In this document: in pieces, positions 60,001 through 64,000 of the stretch
Layout of the letters: the number at the start of each line of letters is the position of its first letter
Position numbering within the stretch: the stretch's first letter is position 1
Source: Macrostomum lignano
Taxonomy: Eukaryota
Reading direction: 5' to 3'
Length of the DNA: 64,000 bases
NCBI GenBank assembly: GCA_002269645.1
Contig: NIVC01000494.1
Coordinates: forward strand, 434,001 to 498,000
Notes under the pieces: model-generated
Seen by the model: only the letters and a program-made list of their open reading frames with translations
What the model was told of the DNA's origin: nothing
Database searches by the model: none
Program-made: the position numbers and the translations under genes

Positions 60001-62422
60001 ATCAGACTGGAGTGATTTATGAAGACTCCGATAGTAGCCAGGGAAACGCGGTGCCAAATGTTTTTTGTGAGTCTGTCGTACTCATACGGGGCAGTTATAG
60101 GCTGTCGACATAGCCACCAAAGAGGTGATTTAAGGCCTTATACTATGCTTTCACTGTACAAGGATGTACGTATCAATGCAGTCACCTGTGACTAGACCTG
60201 AGAAGTCCAAACTGATTGATTAGTAATGAGTACTGCTCATCGCACCAAGCCAAAAGTCAGTATTTCATAAACCCACATTAACTTTAGTTACCGTGGCTCA
60301 AGAAAGAAGAGAGAAGGGAGACGCAGGAGAGAAGAGAGCTGAGAAAAGACAAACTTCGAGCGGGTGGGATTGCTCTTGTGAAGTTCCTCCCAACGGCCGG
60401 ATAGAGAGGCTTCGCGGGCCGGAGAAAAAGACAAAGATCAATCAGAAGGGCTAGAGCATATGTATTTTTTACATTAATTTGTTGCTTTAACTGTTGCTTA
60501 TTAAACTTTCCACGAATTATTTTTAGCGCCAGAAGACAAAGCCGCTGTTGATTTGTCAGCCAAGCAGCTCACCAATAAGCACGTCTCAGTGCACGCAATC
60601 TTGACTAACAGAAACGACCGTCTGCCGATTGAGAATCTGACCTGCCAGTTGTTGGCTTTCACTAAGCTGAAATCTGCTCCGATGAGGGTAAGGAGAATTC
60701 ATTTATTGGAATTGCTGATCTAGAATAGAGAAACCAAGTTCAGCAGATTATCCTAGAATTACGTAAAAGGTACAGTGGGCAGTAAGGCATGTAGGGTTAG
60801 AGAGTTGCTTATAACATTGCAGTTGGTTTGTTTTATAATTCTGAATTTCACCTTTTCTCTGATCTGATCTGCGGCTCTCTGTATGCATTTAGAGACGCGA
60901 TAAAGGTCACCAGGCGCGTCACCTGACATTGCGTAATATAATTTTTCAGCAATATATTCCAATGCATCACGACGACCAAAACATCTGGAGCTCAGTTGTT
61001 GCTGTGCCAATCATTTCTCAGGCAACCAGAATCGCAATTCACTGCTTGGCATTGCAAATTTACTTTGGCGAGACAGTATTTCAGTCAGTGTCTCAGGCTG
61101 ATGTGGCTTTATTGCAAACTAATATTCCAAAAACCGACGCAAATGCACTTCAAGCATTTGCTCAGACAGAAGTTCCGATACAGTCGAAGTGGAACCCAGA
61201 TACTGACAAGTCAAACTCGATGCTTTAATAGTGATCGCTGCGGCTGTTCAGTTGGTCATTCTGGTTTTTGTTGTCTTGGCAACATGGCGAATTGCGAAAG
61301 TAAGTTTAACAAAATTGTATTTTGAAAGATTTAGGCAGCATATGAATGAATGAATACAAATCTGTGTTTCAAAGCATGCACATTTTGATGGCCAATTGCC
61401 AGATCACATGCACAAAATGATTTGGGAAACTTTCGGCTTGACGAAGTCGAAAGATTTTCAAAGTAACGAGTATAATAATTGATACACCTGCCTTAATGGC
61501 AGATGTGCAACCGACAGCTCAGCCGCAGCTATTGCGCAGCGCATCTGAAGGCTGCGTACGGCTGTTCAGTCCAAGGACTGGGGGGTCGCCACACACAGCC
61601 TCAATTACCCCAGCTAATGCTGGCACCAATTTTACAGCTGGGTGAACTGAAGCAATGCAGAGATCGTTAAATGTCTTGCTTAAAGACACAAATTGTTTCA
61701 GTGGGATCAGGAATCGAACCCAGTCGTGAGTCAGACGCTCTAACCACTAGGCTACGACCTAGTATAGTGTAGCTACAAAGTATATCTAGATAAACACTAT
61801 GGGACGGGTCTCCCACAGACAGATTTGAAGTCACTACCATAACTGCCGGTACGCAGTGGCCCTGACGTAGTTTGAAAATAACGATTCACACCTACTCGTA
61901 TGAGAGCCAATTCCTCCTAAAGTACAGAGTATTTAGGCCTGACGACTATAGAAAGTAGTGCAGAAGTCTGCAGCATCGCCTCAGTGCAGCTGGTTGTGAG
62001 ACGATGCCACTGAAAGCGTTGTTGTTCTCCTCCAATTGTTATTGCGATTGGCCAATTAGCTCGTAAAAACAAACTTGCAGATTCGAAATCGACGTCGCGC
62101 TGTCGCGGAAGACGAAATCAGCAGACCCAACGGCGGCAGCGATGCAGTTGAGCTGACCGTCACCAACAGTGCAGAGTCTGGGGGTGCGACGGCAACAGCT
62201 GCGCCGTACGATTATCCCAGCAGCGATTGGAGCACCTTCGAGCAGCAGGATTCTGCAGGAACTGCGGGGCCAATCTATGAGCAGGTGTCTATAGACTCCG
62301 GTGCCAACAACAGACCGCCACGGCAGAATCTGCCGCTACCGCCGCCGCCGCCGCCGCCGCCGCCTGAGCAGCAGCAGCAATCTGACGAGTCTCCCTACAT
62401 AAACTGGCAAGGGAGAGGATAA
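57042..62422 (+). CDS. Gene A2: paralog of A1 (discoidin-like + 4 Ig-like + TM + Tyr/Pro tail), about 780 aa if a 1-nt frame break near 61225 is repaired
   Basis: Exons 57042-57126, 57201-57389, 57932-58168, 58260-58441, 58525-58669, 58750-58907, 59399-59570, 59640-59809, 59916-60066, 60527-60687, 60950-61299, 62081-62422 (2342 nt, one short of a multiple of 3). Signal MRLIVWHLILTLLFGSRVSG. Phases match A1 except that A2 lacks A1's juxtamembrane intron. Confidence 0.78.
57465..57909. repeat. 39-bp minisatellite, about 11 copies, in A2 intron 2
   Basis: Same unit as 1195-1676 and 5411-5698. Confidence 0.97.
58955..59268. repeat. 45-bp minisatellite, about 7 copies, in A2 intron 6
   Basis: Unit gtagtcccacctggttagacacaggtatcatctcctgcggtaggg. 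15-aa periodic pseudo-ORFs. Confidence 0.94.
61478..61758 (-). mobile_element. tRNA-derived SINE in the last A2 intron
   Basis: Minus strand: A box TAGCCTAGTGG, B box GGTTCGATTCC, then tgtgtctttaagcaagacatttaac..tgcttcagttcacccagctgtaaattgg, resembling CORE/Deu-type SINE central domains. Confidence 0.75.
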
Positions 62423-62597
62423 TGATGGATATACTTAGTCGCAGTACACAGAGTGATCAATTGGCATGCTGTTTATATTTAAAATCAACTTGAGTTGGTC
62501 TGAATTCCTCATTGCAGGGGACCCCCAAGGTCAGAACTAGGCAAAATTCTATCTACTAACGAACCAATGTGAGAAACCGGCTCATTTCATGTTTTAC

Positions 62598-63660
62598 ATG
62601 ACGCTTATTTTATGTTTAAATTGACGCTTCTTTTATGGTTTGACAAGACGCTTCTTTTATGGTTTGACATGACGCTTCTTTTATGGTTTGACATGACGCT
62701 TCTTTTATGTTTGACTTGACGCTTCTTTTATGGTTTGACAAGACGCTTCTTTTATGTTTGAATTGACGCTTCTTTTATGGTTTGACATGACGCTTCTTTT
62801 ATGTTTGAATTGACGCTTCTTTTATGGTTTGACATGACGCTTCTTTTATGGTTTGAAATGACGCTTCTTTTATGTTTAAATTGACGCTTCTTTTATGGTT
62901 TGACATGACGCTTCTTTTATGTTTGACTTGACGCTTCTTTTATGGTTTGACAAGACGCTTCTTTTATGTTTGAATTGACGCTTCTTTTATGGTTTGACAT
63001 GACGCTTCTTTTATGTTTGAATTGACGCTTCTTTTATGGTTTGACATGACGCTTCTTTTATGGTTTGAAATGACGCTTCTTTTATGTTTAAATTGACGCT
63101 TCTTTTATGGTTTGACATGACGCTTCTTTTATGTTTGACTTGACGCTTCTTTTATGGTTTGACATGACGCTTCTTTTATGTTTGACTTGACGCTTCTTTT
63201 ATGGTTTGAATTGACGCTTCTTTTATGGTTTGACATGACGCTTCTTTTATGGTTTGAAATGACGCTTCTTTTATGTTTAAATTGACGCTTCTTTTATGGT
63301 TTGACATGACGCTTCTTTTATGTTTGACTTGACGCTTCTTTTATGGTTTGACATGACGCTTCTTTTATGGTTTGATATGACGCTTCTTTTATGGTTTGAC
63401 TTGACGCTTCTTTTATGGTTTGATATGACGCAATTCTTTTATGGTTTGAAAGGACGCTTTTTTATGGTTTGACCATAAAAGACTGGACATGACGCTTCTT
63501 TCAAATTTGACATGACGCTTTTTTGTTTGACATGACACCTTTTTATGGTTTGAAATGACGCTTTTATCACTTTTGACATGACGCTTCTTTTATTTAGAAA
63601 GGATTAATTTGCAAACCAGACATGACATCATGTAAAACATAAGACAAGCGTCACGTCAAA
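62598..63660. repeat. 23/24-bp minisatellite (gacgcttcttttat(g)gtttgacat), about 40 copies, ending in inverted units
   Basis: Tandem variants with repeated variant order. atgttttacatga (62589) and tcatgtaaaacat (63628) are inverted, and units after 63640 are reversed. Confidence 0.93.
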
Positions 63661-64000
63661 CCTAAAAGAAAGGTCATGTCCAGCTTGAAAATTAATCCTT
63701 TTATAGTAAATCCTTATTTTACTTGCTGGCAGGTCTGTAAACAGATGCCAAAAACCAATTGGCATAAATGACACCGATTTCAGTGAAACCAATCAAGCTA
63801 AAGGCAATGTCAATGCCATTGACAACATATACAGTATAGTTCGAGAACAATCCTGTGTCTGTTAAAGCAGTGCAGTACAGATTGAAATCGAACCGTCTTC
63901 GTCTGGCCATGTCTGATGAACTCTGTTATTGTACGAGTATATGGTCTAGAGATTTGCACCATTGTCGAAAGGATTGATTGTGCACCCAACTTATGGCTCC

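Noticed and set aside
61215-61235. Programmed ribosomal frameshift at the A2 TM
   Set aside because: No slippery heptamer or stimulatory structure. A homopolymer error or null allele is simpler.
45420-62300. Canonical ITIM/ITAM calls in the tails (CSYAAL, EIYDVI, PIYEQV)
   Set aside because: The residue at Y-2 does not fit the strict ITIM consensus and no YxxL-x6-8-YxxL pair was found. Reported only as Tyr motifs.

Overview
Eukaryotic (invertebrate metazoan) genomic DNA with GT-AG introns and dense tandem repeats. The style is compatible with a free-living flatworm such as Macrostomum, but the organism cannot be proven from sequence alone. Most short ORFs in the track are exon fragments or repeat artefacts. 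Splicing them by hand gives seven head-to-tail plus-strand genes for single-pass type I membrane proteins, in the order B1-A1-B2-B3-B4-B5-A2. Family B (5 genes, about 400-520 aa): signal peptide, CUB-like domain, divergent C-type-lectin-like domain, stalk, TM, and highly variable tails. Family A (2 genes, about 750-780 aa): signal peptide, discoidin/F5-8C-like domain, four Ig-like domains each split over two exons, TM, and a tail with conserved YDxP, YE, Pro-rich and YINW motifs. The cluster shows active remodelling. B3 is an unequal-crossover chimera of B4 (5') and B2 (3'), A1 and A2 share a near-identical conversion tract, B3 has lost a splice acceptor, and A2 has a 1-nt frame break before its TM. 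Mobile DNA: two recent inverted RTE-type LINE copies in B4 intron 1, a hAT-type element filled with a 3.5-kb minisatellite, a SAP-domain DIRS/Ngaro-like gag remnant, a tRNA-derived SINE, several MITEs and LINE remnants. No rRNA, true tRNA or CRISPR array was found. All gene models and domain calls are manual, by motif recognition, without database searches.
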